64,000 nt of DNA from Desulfobacterales bacterium (GTDB taxonomy: Bacteria > Desulfobacterota > Desulfobacteria > Desulfobacterales > UBA2174), in assembly GCA_963668645.2 (NCBI GenBank), contig CAXXWC010000021.1:1088001-1152000 (forward strand), read 5' to 3'. Below the pieces are notes generated by a model that worked only from the letters and a program-made list of their open reading frames with translations, searched no databases and was not told the DNA's origin. The first letter of the stretch is position 1, and each line of letters opens with the position of its first letter. The position numbers were made by a program, and so were the translations under genes. Below are positions 10,302 to 20,806 of this stretch, in pieces.

Positions 10302-11102
10302 TCAGCACACGACGCCCGCCTCGACAAGCTTCCGCAGAAGCTGCTCGGCCTTTTCTTGCCGGCTGCCGGCGATCATCTCCACGGACCGCCGGCTTTCTGC
10401 CGTCTCCATGGTGGTGACGATGGTCGGCGAGCCTTTCAGGCCCAACACGTCCTCAGGGACATTCAAATCGCCGGCCGACCAGATGGTGATCTCTTTTCGG
10501 CGCGCCTTTATGATCCCAGAAAAACTCAGATTCCGCGGCTCATTCATTTTCCGCGCAACGGTCAAGACGGCCGGCAGCGCGACCCGAACGAGACGGTAGC
10601 CGTTTTCGATCTCGGCCTTGACCATCCAGCGGTCACCGCCGGCTTCGACAATCTCGCTGACCATGCTGACCACCGGAACGTTCAAAAACACGGACATCTC
10701 GGGTCCGACCCATTCCGTCGCACCGTCACTGCTCGACATACCGCACAAGACGAGGTCGAAATCACCGCATTTTCCCACCGCAGCGGCCAGGGTTCTGGCC
10801 GTGGCGAAGGCATCAGCCCCGCCAAAGGCGCGGTCCGACAGCAAAATCCCTTGATCCGCGCCTAGTGCCAGGCATTCTTTGACCACCTGACCCGCTGCCG
10901 GCGGTCCCATGCTGATGACCGTGATATGCGCCTCGTGCGCCTCTTTTAGCCGCAGGGCCGCTTCCACCGCATTCCGGTCAAGGGGATTGATCACCAGAGG
11001 GATGTTGCTGCGAATCAGGTTTTTGGTGACAGGATCAATCTTTATTTTGGCGGCCGCTTTCGGATCGGGAACCGCCTTTACACAAACGACAATTCTATGC
11101 AT
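10302..11102 (-). CDS. etfB: Electron transfer flavoprotein beta subunit
   Basis: IVVCVKAVPD, INPLDRNAVEAAL, FGGADAFATA, GLKGSPT. Confidence 0.93.
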   Translation of the reverse strand: MHRIVVCVKAVPDPKAAAKIKIDPVTKNLIRSNIPLVINPLDRNAVEAALRLKEAHEAHITVISMGPPAAGQVVKECLALGADQGILLSDRAFGGADAFATARTLAAAVGKCGDFDLVLCGMSSSDGATEWVGPEMSVFLNVPVVSMVSEIVEAGGDRWMVKAEIENGYRLVRVALPAVLTVARKMNEPRNLSFSGIIKARRKEITIWSAGDLNVPEDVLGLKGSPTIVTTMETAESRRSVEMIAGSRQEKAEQLLRKLVEAGVVC

Positions 11103-11194
11103 CCACTTTCCCTCTGCCGCTTTGAAGCACCGAAGAATCCACGGCCCGAGACCGTGTCTTCTCCGGTGCTTGCCGGTTTCCGTGTAAGGTCGCT

Positions 11195-12331
11195 TCAGGC
11201 CATGGCCCAGCGGGCCACAATGACTTTCATGATATCCGAGGTCCCGGCCGATGGCCCCAGGACAAAGGAGTCTCGCAGATAACGGGTAATGGCAAACTCG
11301 TTCATGCAGCCGTAGCCGCCGTGGATATCGGCCGCCATCTTGGCGGCCTTTTGCGCAGTTTCAGTGGTAAAATATTTGGCCACGGCGAACTCGTTAGACG
11401 ACCGCTCGCCTTTGTCCTGCAAAGCGGCTGCACGGTATGCCAACAGCCGACCGGCCTCCAGGTCGATTTTCATCTCGGCGATCTTGTTCTGAATGGTTTG
11501 CAGCTTGGCGATCGGCTTGCCATAAAGGACCCGCTCGGACGCAAACTTGATAGCCGCCTCCAGGCAGGCCGTGTGCAGGCCCAGGGCACATCCGACCATC
11601 CCGCCGCGGCCCACGTCGCCGATGGCGCTCATGGTCACCCGCAGCCCCTTTCCCTCGCCGCCGAGCACGCAGTCCTTCGAAACCCGGCAGTTTTCAAGGC
11701 TCAATTCGCCCGTATTGCAGCCGCGCATCCCGACCTTGTGCTCTTCGTGGGTCGCCTTGAACCCGTCCATCCCTTTTTCCAGAATAAACGCCGTAAACGC
11801 CTTCGGATCGTCGGCATCCTTGGCAAGCACAGTAATGGTGTCGGCAATGTGGGCGTTGGTAATGAAGCACTTGCGGCCGTTGAGAATGTAATCGCTGCCA
11901 TCCTTCTGATAGGTCGTACGGCCGCCGCCAGGATCCGACCCGCCAGTCGGTTCGGTCACACCAACGGTTGCCAGCCGCTCGCCCTTGGCCAGACCAGGTA
12001 GATATTTTTGCTTCTGCACATCGGTGCCGAATTCGACGATGGGCCGGATGCCCAGGGCAAAAACCTGGAGCATCATGGCCGTGGCGACCGAAACCCTGGC
12101 AATCTCCTCCAGCGCGATCATGCGGGCCGTATAGCCCAGACCGAGCCCGCCGTATTGCTCGGGAATAGTCAGCGCCATCATCTCTGCTTCGGCCAGGGCT
12201 TTGACCACGGCCGGGCAGACTTTCCCGGTCTGCTCCATTTCTGCCACATGCGGCGCAATCTGAGTCTCGGCAACCTCTCTGGCCGACTTGCGAAACAGCT
12301 CTTGTTCTTCGGTAAGCGTAAAATCGATCAT
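11195..12331 (-). CDS. Acyl-CoA dehydrogenase
   Basis: VTEPTGGSD, LNGRKCFITN, KVGMRG, DIHGGYG; co-transcribed with etfBA. Confidence 0.93.
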   Translation of the reverse strand: MIDFTLTEEQELFRKSAREVAETQIAPHVAEMEQTGKVCPAVVKALAEAEMMALTIPEQYGGLGLGYTARMIALEEIARVSVATAMMLQVFALGIRPIVEFGTDVQKQKYLPGLAKGERLATVGVTEPTGGSDPGGGRTTYQKDGSDYILNGRKCFITNAHIADTITVLAKDADDPKAFTAFILEKGMDGFKATHEEHKVGMRGCNTGELSLENCRVSKDCVLGGEGKGLRVTMSAIGDVGRGGMVGCALGLHTACLEAAIKFASERVLYGKPIAKLQTIQNKIAEMKIDLEAGRLLAYRAAALQDKGERSSNEFAVAKYFTTETAQKAAKMAADIHGGYGCMNEFAITRYLRDSFVLGPSAGTSDIMKVIVARWAMA

Positions 12332-12438
12332 GCTCGTTTTTCCTCCCTTGTTCTCAGTAGTTAACCAATGCGGTGAAAGACGCTGACCGGACGCCGAAAG
12401 CGGGTTCCGGCCCGCGCAATATGGCGAATCTATTTTAG

Positions 12439-13020
12439 TTAAAGTTCGTCGATGTACCGAATCAGGGCGTTGATTGAATTATCTAAACTTGATGATGATT
12501 TATCGGTGCCGTAGATAAGGGAGGCGCCCAGCATACCGGAAAAGATGATCTCGGCGATGCTAGAGGTGTCGGCCTTTTCATCTATGCTTCCGAATTCAAT
12601 GGCCTGATCCAGCAGCCGTTTGATCATGCCTTTTAGACCGATAAAACCGCGGTACAATTCTTTTGACAAATTAGGCGATTGGTCGGCAAGCTCTACAGAC
12701 AGCGTAATAAAAATGCACCCTCCCGGAAAATTGGTCGAATCTTTCAGGTATCGGTCCCTGTAATTGACGAGCAACCTTTTGATCTTTTCCAACGGATCAA
12801 GTGTGCTATGAAAACCGTCAAGGCTTTTCTGGCGCCAAATTCTCCTGGCTTCCGTCAAAACCGCATAAAATAAGTCTTGTTTGCTCCGGAAGTGATTATA
12901 AAATCCTCCCTTCGAAGTGCCCGCCGCATGAAGAATGTCCAGCAGGGAAGTACTGAAAAAACCCTTGAGAGAAAAAAGCCTTAAAGACTCGTGGATGATT
13001 TTTTCCTTTAGCATCATCAT
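12439..13020 (-). CDS. TetR/AcrR-family regulator (NemR/YxaF-like)
   Basis: GTSKGGFYNHFRSKQDL HTH; GGCIFITLSVE C-domain motif. Confidence 0.9.
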   Translation of the reverse strand: MMMLKEKIIHESLRLFSLKGFFSTSLLDILHAAGTSKGGFYNHFRSKQDLFYAVLTEARRIWRQKSLDGFHSTLDPLEKIKRLLVNYRDRYLKDSTNFPGGCIFITLSVELADQSPNLSKELYRGFIGLKGMIKRLLDQAIEFGSIDEKADTSSIAEIIFSGMLGASLIYGTDKSSSSLDNSINALIRYIDEL

Positions 13021-13157
13021 CGTTAACCCTGCCGTCTCCGAACAGAGGCCCTGCCGTTACTATCCGGTTCCATACCGATTCGCCAAATAAGATTTTTCCG
13101 GGAGATCAATGGTCGCCCATTGACCTCCCGGTTTTCTAACCGTTGCGCTTGCGCGGA

Positions 13158-13643
13158 CTATTGAAGGACTTTGAGCCCGGGCAGTTCTGCGTATTTCCGG
13201 CGAAGTGTTTTGATGGCCCTTGGGCTGGTATCGAATCGGCCTTCCTTCCAGGCGATGAGCTGCAAAACGACCCCGAATCCGCTTTTCGGGCCCACCAGGG
13301 CTTCGGGAAAATCCCCGTCCTGCAGGTGCCCTCTATCCACCCGCACCCCTTTCGATTCCAGGTTTGCGACATAGCCCTCGATATCTTCGATATCAAGTCC
13401 GATATGCTGAACGCCGTAGCCCTGCTTTTCGATGATTTTGGCGACGAAACTACTCTCATCGGTGGCTTCAAGAAAGCTCAGAATGCTGTCGCCGAACACA
13501 ACGCAGGCGCCCTTATAGCATTCCTGTGTGTTTTCGAATTTGATGACGCACTCCCCGCCCAATACGTCAACGGCGTGCGCCACTGCCGCTTCCATGTCCT
13601 TTACGGTAAATGCTACGTGATTGACTCCCAGCACTTTTGCCAT
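13158..13643 (-). CDS. VOC-family protein, methylmalonyl-CoA epimerase-like
   Basis: NHVAFTV, SFLEA...SFVAK, GYGVQHIGLDIEDIE, GVVLQLI. Confidence 0.8.
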   Translation of the reverse strand: MAKVLGVNHVAFTVKDMEAAVAHAVDVLGGECVIKFENTQECYKGACVVFGDSILSFLEATDESSFVAKIIEKQGYGVQHIGLDIEDIEGYVANLESKGVRVDRGHLQDGDFPEALVGPKSGFGVVLQLIAWKEGRFDTSPRAIKTLRRKYAELPGLKVLQ

Positions 13644-13718
13644 TTTTTCCTCCGTTCCTTTTCAAATTCAGGTAATGAAGTCGCCCCACCGGCCTTGCCG
13701 GCATCCTGGAGCGAACAG

Positions 13719-14342
13719 TTAATTATTCCCGGTTACGGCCAATCCGATATCAAAGGCTTTCAGGTTCATGTCCACCTTACCAGCCGGGAAGGTTCTCCTT
13801 ACGATTTGTTCAAAGTCCGCCCTGAACAGGGGCAGTTCCCCGAGACCGGCCAGGGCTCCGATCAAAATGATGTTGGCAAGGATCGGGCTGCCCAGCGCAA
13901 CGGCTTGCTCAGAGGCATCAATGAACCAGTTTTTTGCACTGACGGTCGCCATCGCGGCTTTCATCTCTTCGAGGCTCGGATACTCCAACTCTCCGGAGTT
14001 GACACCCGTCGGGTAATTGGGGCGCGTGTTGGTCAGCACCTTCACCTGTGGATTGCCGTAGTTCTTCAGCACCCTGAACGCTTCGATCGGTTCGAGTGAG
14101 ACCACCACGTCGGCGATCCCTTTGGGCATCTGCGGACTCAACACCCTGCTTGATGAAACCCGCACATGGCTCATAACAGATCCACCACGCTGGGATGCGC
14201 CGAAGGTCTCGCCGATGGTTACCTGGAATCCCTGGGCGACGAGCATGTTGCCCAGGATGCGCGAGCCCATTACGTTTCCCTGCCCGCCGACGCCTGTGAC
14301 GATAATGTTGTACGGATCCTTTAGAACCTCAACCGGGCTCAT
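13719..14342 (-). CDS. iorB: Indolepyruvate:ferredoxin oxidoreductase beta subunit
   Basis: GVGGQGNV, GETFGASQRGGSVMSHVR; start set at ATG 14342 (TAATG overlap with iorA). Confidence 0.9.
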   Translation of the reverse strand: MSPVEVLKDPYNIIVTGVGGQGNVMGSRILGNMLVAQGFQVTIGETFGASQRGGSVMSHVRVSSSRVLSPQMPKGIADVVVSLEPIEAFRVLKNYGNPQVKVLTNTRPNYPTGVNSGELEYPSLEEMKAAMATVSAKNWFIDASEQAVALGSPILANIILIGALAGLGELPLFRADFEQIVRRTFPAGKVDMNLKAFDIGLAVTGNN

Positions 14343-16285
14343 TACATCACCTCCGTTTTCTGAATGGCGCCCTGGGGACAGATCTGGGTACATACACCGC
14401 ATCCGGCACAGAGCACTTCGTCGATTTTAGGCTTTTTGGCGTCCCGGTCCCAGATGATCCCCGGGCATAGAAAAGTCCTTGAACAGAGCCGGTTACACCC
14501 GCAATTTTCCCCGAGGCACAGGTCTTCGTCGATATGGACCGCGTATTTCTTCTTGTTGCGTTTTTGAGGACTCAGGGCACAGGCCTGCCTGAGGATCAGG
14601 ACCTTTACCCCCTTTGTATCGGAGACGAACTCGAGCAATTTCTCCTGGGCGCGCTCCATATCGAAGGGGTCTTCCACCGCAACCGTCGCCCCGATCGCCT
14701 CGCAGACCTTCTCGATCTCGATCCAAGGTGCACTTTCTCCCATGGCATTGTAATCGGATCCCGGATGGGACTGGAATCCGGTCATGGCTGTGCCACGGTT
14801 GTCCAAAACGACCAGGGTCATGTCCGAATCGTTGTGGACCGCATTGATCAGCGGGGGAATGACAGAATGGAAAAAGGTGGAATCTCCGCAGATGGCAATT
14901 GCCGGCTGGTCCATTCCGAATCTGGATAGCTTGCCGAACCCACTGGCAAGCCCGGCCCCTGAGCCCATGGCGTGGAAGGTTTTGCTTGTGAAGTAACCAC
15001 AGGCATGACGCCCGAGGGCGTAACAGCCGATATCACCGCAGACAAACCCTTTCCGATTGTCCAGCAAGGTGGTGTTATGCAGCATCCAAAAAGATGCCCT
15101 ATGCGGACAACCGGGGCAAAAGGTCACTCCTCGGTCAGGAATACTGACCATTGCGGTTGATTTGAATTTATCCGAGTATCCCGACTCAACCCCAGGACTG
15201 AAGGTCAGATTCAGAACCCGGCAGATCGCCTCGGCGACAATGTCGACATTCATTTCACCCACTGGCGGCAGCGTCCCGTCATTCTTGCCGAAAAATTTTT
15301 TACCTCCGATCTCTTCGAGCTTTTCAGAGGCGAAACTTTTTACGTTCTCCTCCATGAAAGGCAGGACCTCTTCGACGATCATGACTTTTTCCGTCTTTTT
15401 CAAATACTTGACCAAAATCTTAGGCGGAAGGGGCCAAGTGGTGCCGAGCTTCAGGACGCCGACCTTATCCGATGCCCCGATTAGTGAGACCGCCTCTTTG
15501 CTGTAAAGATTGCAGGCGCTGCTCGTAATGATCAGCAATTCAGGGTCCTGCGGACCTTCATAGGTGTTAAACGGGCATTCATCGAACAGCTTTGCCGCTT
15601 GCTGCAGTTTTCGTTGCTGGCGCGGGTGCGTCGTCTTGATCGGCTGAGTAATCACCGGATGAGTGTCAAGATCGTTCTCGGGCCCATCGTAGACATAGCA
15701 AGCCTTAGGATCCGGAGTCGGAGGCAGGGCGCCGAGTTTGACGATTCCGCTCGCATGGGAAATTCGTGTAACGGACCTTACCATCACCACATTCTTAATT
15801 TCTTCCGAAAGCTCGAAAGCCCACTTGGTCATTTCCTTTGCTTCCTGAAAATCACCAGGCTCCAGCAGCGGGAACTCGAACATTTTTGAATAATGCCGTG
15901 ACGGTCCTTCGTTGTTGCTGGACAGGGCTCCAGGATCATCGCAGGAAATCAGCACCATCCCCCCCCTGGTGCCCGACAGTGACATATGAAGCAAAAAATC
16001 CGAAGCAACATTGACGCCGACCTGCTTCATGGCGCACAACGCCCTGAGGTTGCTGAACGAGGCGGCCGCCGCACTTTCCAGGGCGACCTTCTCGTTTGTC
16101 GACCATTCCACATAAATATTTCTTTCCCCAGCAACTTTTGCAAGCTGCTCAATCACCTCCGAAGAAGGCGTACCGGGATAGCCGGAGGCGTAATTCACCC
16201 CGGCTTCCAGCGCCCCTCGGACGATGGCGTCGTTGCCCATTAAAAAATGTTGGGCACCGCCTGTGTTATCTAGTAGAATCGACAT
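14342..16285 (-). CDS. iorA: Indolepyruvate:ferredoxin oxidoreductase alpha subunit
   Basis: GYPGTPSSE, NEKVALE, FCPGCPHR, GDIGCY, TPP motif GDSTFFH...LDN, C-terminal ferredoxin; GGAGG RBS before ATG 16285. Confidence 0.92.
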   Translation of the reverse strand: MSILLDNTGGAQHFLMGNDAIVRGALEAGVNYASGYPGTPSSEVIEQLAKVAGERNIYVEWSTNEKVALESAAAASFSNLRALCAMKQVGVNVASDFLLHMSLSGTRGGMVLISCDDPGALSSNNEGPSRHYSKMFEFPLLEPGDFQEAKEMTKWAFELSEEIKNVVMVRSVTRISHASGIVKLGALPPTPDPKACYVYDGPENDLDTHPVITQPIKTTHPRQQRKLQQAAKLFDECPFNTYEGPQDPELLIITSSACNLYSKEAVSLIGASDKVGVLKLGTTWPLPPKILVKYLKKTEKVMIVEEVLPFMEENVKSFASEKLEEIGGKKFFGKNDGTLPPVGEMNVDIVAEAICRVLNLTFSPGVESGYSDKFKSTAMVSIPDRGVTFCPGCPHRASFWMLHNTTLLDNRKGFVCGDIGCYALGRHACGYFTSKTFHAMGSGAGLASGFGKLSRFGMDQPAIAICGDSTFFHSVIPPLINAVHNDSDMTLVVLDNRGTAMTGFQSHPGSDYNAMGESAPWIEIEKVCEAIGATVAVEDPFDMERAQEKLLEFVSDTKGVKVLILRQACALSPQKRNKKKYAVHIDEDLCLGENCGCNRLCSRTFLCPGIIWDRDAKKPKIDEVLCAGCGVCTQICPQGAIQKTEVM

Positions 16286-16394
16286 AATTACCTCCAATTC
16301 TTATTCACAAAAGGGCTTTCGTATCCGGCACGGAAAATGGTGCCTTCCATTATCCTTCGACCGTACATGCTATCGCGTCCCCTGGGAATTTTGG

Positions 16395-17543
16395 TCACCG
16401 GGGAATCAGATCGCACAAAACACTGTCTCCGGCATGCAGGTAAACCAGATCCTGTGCATTGCCGCTTTTTGCCACCAAGTTTTTAACCGCTGTTCGTTTC
16501 TTTCCCATGGAGGCACGCTTGAGATTTCCGAGATTATTTTCAGGCACCTCCCTGAATTCAAGGATCTTCCTTTCCCTGGCCAGTGCCATCAGGTTCATAC
16601 CGGCCTCGGTGCGAACGACCACCTGGTTCCAGTTTTTGGCTTCTTGCCACCCTTCCTCAAGTCTGGCTGAGCCAACGGAAATATCGCTGAATTCGGCCGT
16701 CATATCCGCACAATAATCGCATGATTCACGCACACACGATCGGATTTCATCGAGGGAAATCGTTACGTTTTTATCCGCAGTTTGAACTTCAAGGCAGTGG
16801 TATTTGGAGGGTGGAATATCCATAGCGACAATCTGATCTAATTCGACATGTCTCTTAAGAACTTCACACAACTCTTTCCACGAAAAAGCCCACCCGCAGA
16901 ACAGACCGATAACAAGTTTCAATCTGTCGATATTGTTGGTATTCTCACTGAACTTCTTCAACCGCATCTTGGCAAGCGCCGTCGCCTGGCAGGGCGTTGC
17001 AACGACACCTATTTTTTCAACACCGGTTTTGGCCAGCCTATTGAACTGTGCGATCGTCGGGGTCGCCACAAAGCGGCTCTTCGAATAATCGGCAACGTCC
17101 GCAGCACTATCCACCCCGACCCCTTGGGGCAGCAGGGTCGATTTCGTATCCTGGCCCGACATGACGGCCGCGTCGATGAGCTTCTCTTCAATGGCCAGTT
17201 TTACAAGAGCCGTGACCGTACCGCCGTGCTGCGCCTTGGTGCGAATCTCGGGATCTGTCGCACGGGTAACGTAAAAAGCCTTGATCGCGCCGATTTCGGG
17301 GGTTAGATCTTCGGGGGCGAACAGGGCATTGCGCAAAGCGTCGAGGTCGGTATCATACCTCGGGCAGAATTGAAGGCATCGACCGTCTTCTCTGTCACAG
17401 GGAAAAAGGACGACGGTCTTATCCCTGTAGTTTTTCTGATACGGGCACAGATCCACACAGGCGCCGCACCCGGTGCACAATCCATTGGCAACCACGGAGT
17501 TCTGGATCACCATCTGGGCAAAATTTCCTGTTTCTCCACTCAT
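16395..17543 (-). CDS. FrhB/FdhB (F420 hydrogenase beta-like) iron-sulfur flavoprotein
   Basis: CTGCGACVDLCP, AQHGGTVTAL, VATPCQ, IGLFC, CDYCAD...SDISVG. Confidence 0.88.
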   Translation of the reverse strand: MSGETGNFAQMVIQNSVVANGLCTGCGACVDLCPYQKNYRDKTVVLFPCDREDGRCLQFCPRYDTDLDALRNALFAPEDLTPEIGAIKAFYVTRATDPEIRTKAQHGGTVTALVKLAIEEKLIDAAVMSGQDTKSTLLPQGVGVDSAADVADYSKSRFVATPTIAQFNRLAKTGVEKIGVVATPCQATALAKMRLKKFSENTNNIDRLKLVIGLFCGWAFSWKELCEVLKRHVELDQIVAMDIPPSKYHCLEVQTADKNVTISLDEIRSCVRESCDYCADMTAEFSDISVGSARLEEGWQEAKNWNQVVVRTEAGMNLMALARERKILEFREVPENNLGNLKRASMGKKRTAVKNLVAKSGNAQDLVYLHAGDSVLCDLIPR

Positions 17544-17613
17544 CTTTAGACCTTTTCAATATAGAGAATTATTGTTTTCCGCATTACCACTTATAGCGCA
17601 ACCTGCCGGGTAA

Positions 17614-18591
17614 TCAGACATGCTTCAAAGTCTCCGGGTTAACGACGTTTTCCGGCTTTTCACCGGTGAAAAATGCATGGATATTTCGTGAGCATATCAA
17701 CCCGCAGTCTCTTGAAACTTCTAGCGCATATCCGCCCATATGAGGTGTTACAATCACGTTATCGAGCCTGCTCAAAGCGACCTCTGCCCGCGGCGGTTCC
17801 TGGGATAGTACGTCCAAAGCAGCTCCGGCGATCATCTTTTCGCTCATTGCCTTGTATAGATCGTCTTCATTGACGACTCCGCCCCGGGCCATGTTGACCA
17901 AAAAGGCCGTCGGCTTCATCATTTCAATCTGTTTCATTCCAATCAAGTTTTTAGTCTGATCCGATAAGAACACATGAAGGGAGATAAAATCGCTCTGTTT
18001 CAAAATCTCTTCGAGTTCGAGATACTTGATATTGTTCTTCTCGGCAAAATCTTCATCGGGGTAAATATCGTAGCCGACAACCTTCATGCCGAAGGCAAGG
18101 CCCATTTTGGCGATCGTTTTTCCGATTGTACCCATTCCGATAATGCCGAGGGTTTTATCCCTTAACAAGCCCCCCATGACTTTGGGCCATTGCCCCTGGC
18201 GAACCGCTTGTTGGCCATAAGGAATTTGCCGTGCCAAAGATATGAAAAGCCCGAAAGTCAATTCCATGACGGAATATCTATTGGCCCCGGGTGTATTGGT
18301 GACCGGGATGCCTTTGGCCGTCGCCGCGGCAACATCGATGTGATCTACACCGACACCGGGTTGGGTAATAATCTTCAATCCATCGGCCTCTTTGAGAGAG
18401 TTTGCCGATATCCGCATGCCGCCACCGATGACAGCGTCATAGCGCTTGAGTGTTTCAGAGATCTCATCTTCGCTCAGAATCGCTTTCTGAGGGATCATGT
18501 CCACCTGATAACCGCGCGATTGAAGATAGTCCAACCCTTCCTTTGCAAAGTAGCCATACGTCGGCGACATCGACCAGACCTTAATCGTCAT
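17614..18591 (-). CDS. D-isomer 2-hydroxyacid dehydrogenase (PGDH-like, short form), copy 1
   Basis: GIIGMGTIG, NMARGG, DV..EP, TPHMGG; GGAGG RBS before ATG 18591. Confidence 0.9.
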   Translation of the reverse strand: MTIKVWSMSPTYGYFAKEGLDYLQSRGYQVDMIPQKAILSEDEISETLKRYDAVIGGGMRISANSLKEADGLKIITQPGVGVDHIDVAAATAKGIPVTNTPGANRYSVMELTFGLFISLARQIPYGQQAVRQGQWPKVMGGLLRDKTLGIIGMGTIGKTIAKMGLAFGMKVVGYDIYPDEDFAEKNNIKYLELEEILKQSDFISLHVFLSDQTKNLIGMKQIEMMKPTAFLVNMARGGVVNEDDLYKAMSEKMIAGAALDVLSQEPPRAEVALSRLDNVIVTPHMGGYALEVSRDCGLICSRNIHAFFTGEKPENVVNPETLKHV

Positions 18592-18724
18592 GCCTAACCT
18601 CCTTGGATTTATGCATGTCACAGTTAAACGATGAGAAATAAATGCAGTTATTTGATAGGATGCTTCCTTTTCTATGCCTTCGTAGAAATAAATGTCTTTC
18701 TCAAGCGGATAGAGTTTAGTCTTT

Positions 18725-20806
18725 TCACTGATTTTTTTTGTTGAGAACCACAGTGGCGTCCACGGCGATGGGTTTGCCTTTACAGATCATCACGGGGTTG
18801 ATATCCACCTGCTCTATCTCGCCCGAAGCCGATGCACCTTGTCCCAGTTTTGCCAGAAGATCGGCCAAAGCTTCCAAGTCCAAAGGCGGCAGGCGCCGGA
18901 AGCCTTTAAAAAGCTTGCTGGTTTTAAGCCGTTCCAGCAAATCCTTGGCACCTGCCGGCCTGAGCGGAGCTATGGTAAATGCCACATCGGGCACCAACTC
19001 AGCCAAAAGCCCCCCCATACCCAACATCAGGCAGTCGCCGAATAAAACATCGTGCAAATAACCAACAATCAGCTCATATTCCGCCTTTATTTTTGGCTGC
19101 GCCAGAATACGGCCCTGGCCCTGCATCTTTTCCCGCAACCGATTAAAGGCTTGCTCCAACTGCTCTTGGCTGTTTATCTCCGCTTCGACCAAACCCAGCT
19201 CACTTTTATGAACCACTTCCGGCAGCAGCCCCTTGAGCACCAGGGGATAGTTCCACCGCTGCGCTGCAGCCCGGGCCTGACTTAGGCTTTCTATCTCCAT
19301 CTCGGGCACCATGGGCATGCCCCACTGGGCCAGAAGGGCTTTGCTGTCCATCTCGTCCAGCACTGTCGGGATCTTCGCAACAGTTTGCAGTGCTGCCGGC
19401 CTGGTGTCCTTGGGCGGTACCGGTGGCAGGGGCGTCTTGTCTCGCGGCCCCTGCCACTGGGTTGCCACACTCAGGCATTCTACGGCCCGTTCTAACTCCC
19501 TGTATGCGGGAATGCCCAGGCGGTCCGCTTCATATTCAAATTTGCACGATGCGGCATCGAAACCGAATCCCCAAAATGCAACGACCTTCCCGCTCTGCTC
19601 CGCCATTTTTTTGAGCCGCTCCAGACTCAGGTCCTTGTCTCCCAGCCCGATGAAGTGATGAATAAGCAGTAAATCTACCTGGGGGTCATTCAAAGCTGCC
19701 TGAGCCCCTGCATAGAAGGCTTCCATACGCCCCACCCGCTCCATTGCCGGATAGATGTCGATGGGATTGGCTGGCTGCATCCAGGGAGGAAAGATTTCTT
19801 TTAAAGCATCAACAGTGGAAGAACTGAGTTCGGCCATTGCCACACCGTGTTGATCCAGCAAATCACAGGTGACGATGCCAGCCCCGCCGCTAAAGGTCAT
19901 GACGGCCACACGGACGTCCTCGGGGAGGTGGGGAGCCATGGCGAGGCTACGGGCCAGGTCCACCATGTGGTGGAAGTCCTTGGCCAAAAAGATCCCGGCG
20001 TCTTTCAGCAGGCCCAGGGTTAGACGGGCGTCTCCAGCCAGACTGGCGGTATGGCTGACGGCTGCCTGCGCCCCCTGCGCACTGCTGCCGGCCTTTAAGA
20101 CCACTATCGGCTTGGGCGAAGCGGCCGCCAACTCCAGAAACAGACGCCCCCGGGGCAATGATTCCAGATATAGTGCGATGCAATGCGTGTTTTCATCGGC
20201 GATCAGCGCGGGCAGCAGGTCGCACTCATCCACATCGCATTTATTGCCGATCGAGCAAACCTTGTTCACCGTTATTGACCGCCGGTCGGCCAGATCGACT
20301 AAAAATGCAGCCGATAGCATACCGCTTTGCACAACTAGGGAGATGTGGCCGGCATTGTTCAAAATGGCCGTGTCGCTCGGATCCATGAAAGTGAAGAAAT
20401 GGCGTTTGAAAACATCAACTATTCCCATGCAATTGGGGCCCCACAAACGGATGCCGTGTTCCCTGGCGATGGCCAAACACTCTTGCTGCAGAGCCTGCCC
20501 CTCTTTGCCCGCTTCGGCGAAACCTGCGCTTTGGATGATGACCCCTTTTACTTTCTTGGCGGCACAGTCACGAAGCAACTGGGGCAATAACCGGGCAGGC
20601 ACCAATACGACAGCCAGATCCACTTCGCCGGGCACCTGCTCCAAAGAGGAATAGCAAGGCAACGCATCCAACTCTTCGTAGTTGGGGTTGATCGGATATA
20701 TCCGGCCTTGAAATCCATTTTTTAGGTTATGCACCATATTGGCACCAGTGCGCTTTTTACTGGCCCCTACCAAGGCCACGCTCTGGGGATTGAAAAAGCA
20801 GTCCAT
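18725..20806 (-). CDS. ADP-forming acetate/acyl-CoA synthetase (fused alpha+beta)
   Basis: FFNPQSVALVGAS, GPNCMG, catalytic SHTASLAG, ATP-grasp HKSELG, DINP; start trimmed to ATG 20806. Confidence 0.9.
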   Translation of the reverse strand: MDCFFNPQSVALVGASKKRTGANMVHNLKNGFQGRIYPINPNYEELDALPCYSSLEQVPGEVDLAVVLVPARLLPQLLRDCAAKKVKGVIIQSAGFAEAGKEGQALQQECLAIAREHGIRLWGPNCMGIVDVFKRHFFTFMDPSDTAILNNAGHISLVVQSGMLSAAFLVDLADRRSITVNKVCSIGNKCDVDECDLLPALIADENTHCIALYLESLPRGRLFLELAAASPKPIVVLKAGSSAQGAQAAVSHTASLAGDARLTLGLLKDAGIFLAKDFHHMVDLARSLAMAPHLPEDVRVAVMTFSGGAGIVTCDLLDQHGVAMAELSSSTVDALKEIFPPWMQPANPIDIYPAMERVGRMEAFYAGAQAALNDPQVDLLLIHHFIGLGDKDLSLERLKKMAEQSGKVVAFWGFGFDAASCKFEYEADRLGIPAYRELERAVECLSVATQWQGPRDKTPLPPVPPKDTRPAALQTVAKIPTVLDEMDSKALLAQWGMPMVPEMEIESLSQARAAAQRWNYPLVLKGLLPEVVHKSELGLVEAEINSQEQLEQAFNRLREKMQGQGRILAQPKIKAEYELIVGYLHDVLFGDCLMLGMGGLLAELVPDVAFTIAPLRPAGAKDLLERLKTSKLFKGFRRLPPLDLEALADLLAKLGQGASASGEIEQVDINPVMICKGKPIAVDATVVLNKKNQ

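Noticed and set aside
17614..18591. Naming the PGDH-like genes serA
   Set aside because: They lack ACT/ASB domains and the substrate Arg, and sit in a catabolic context.
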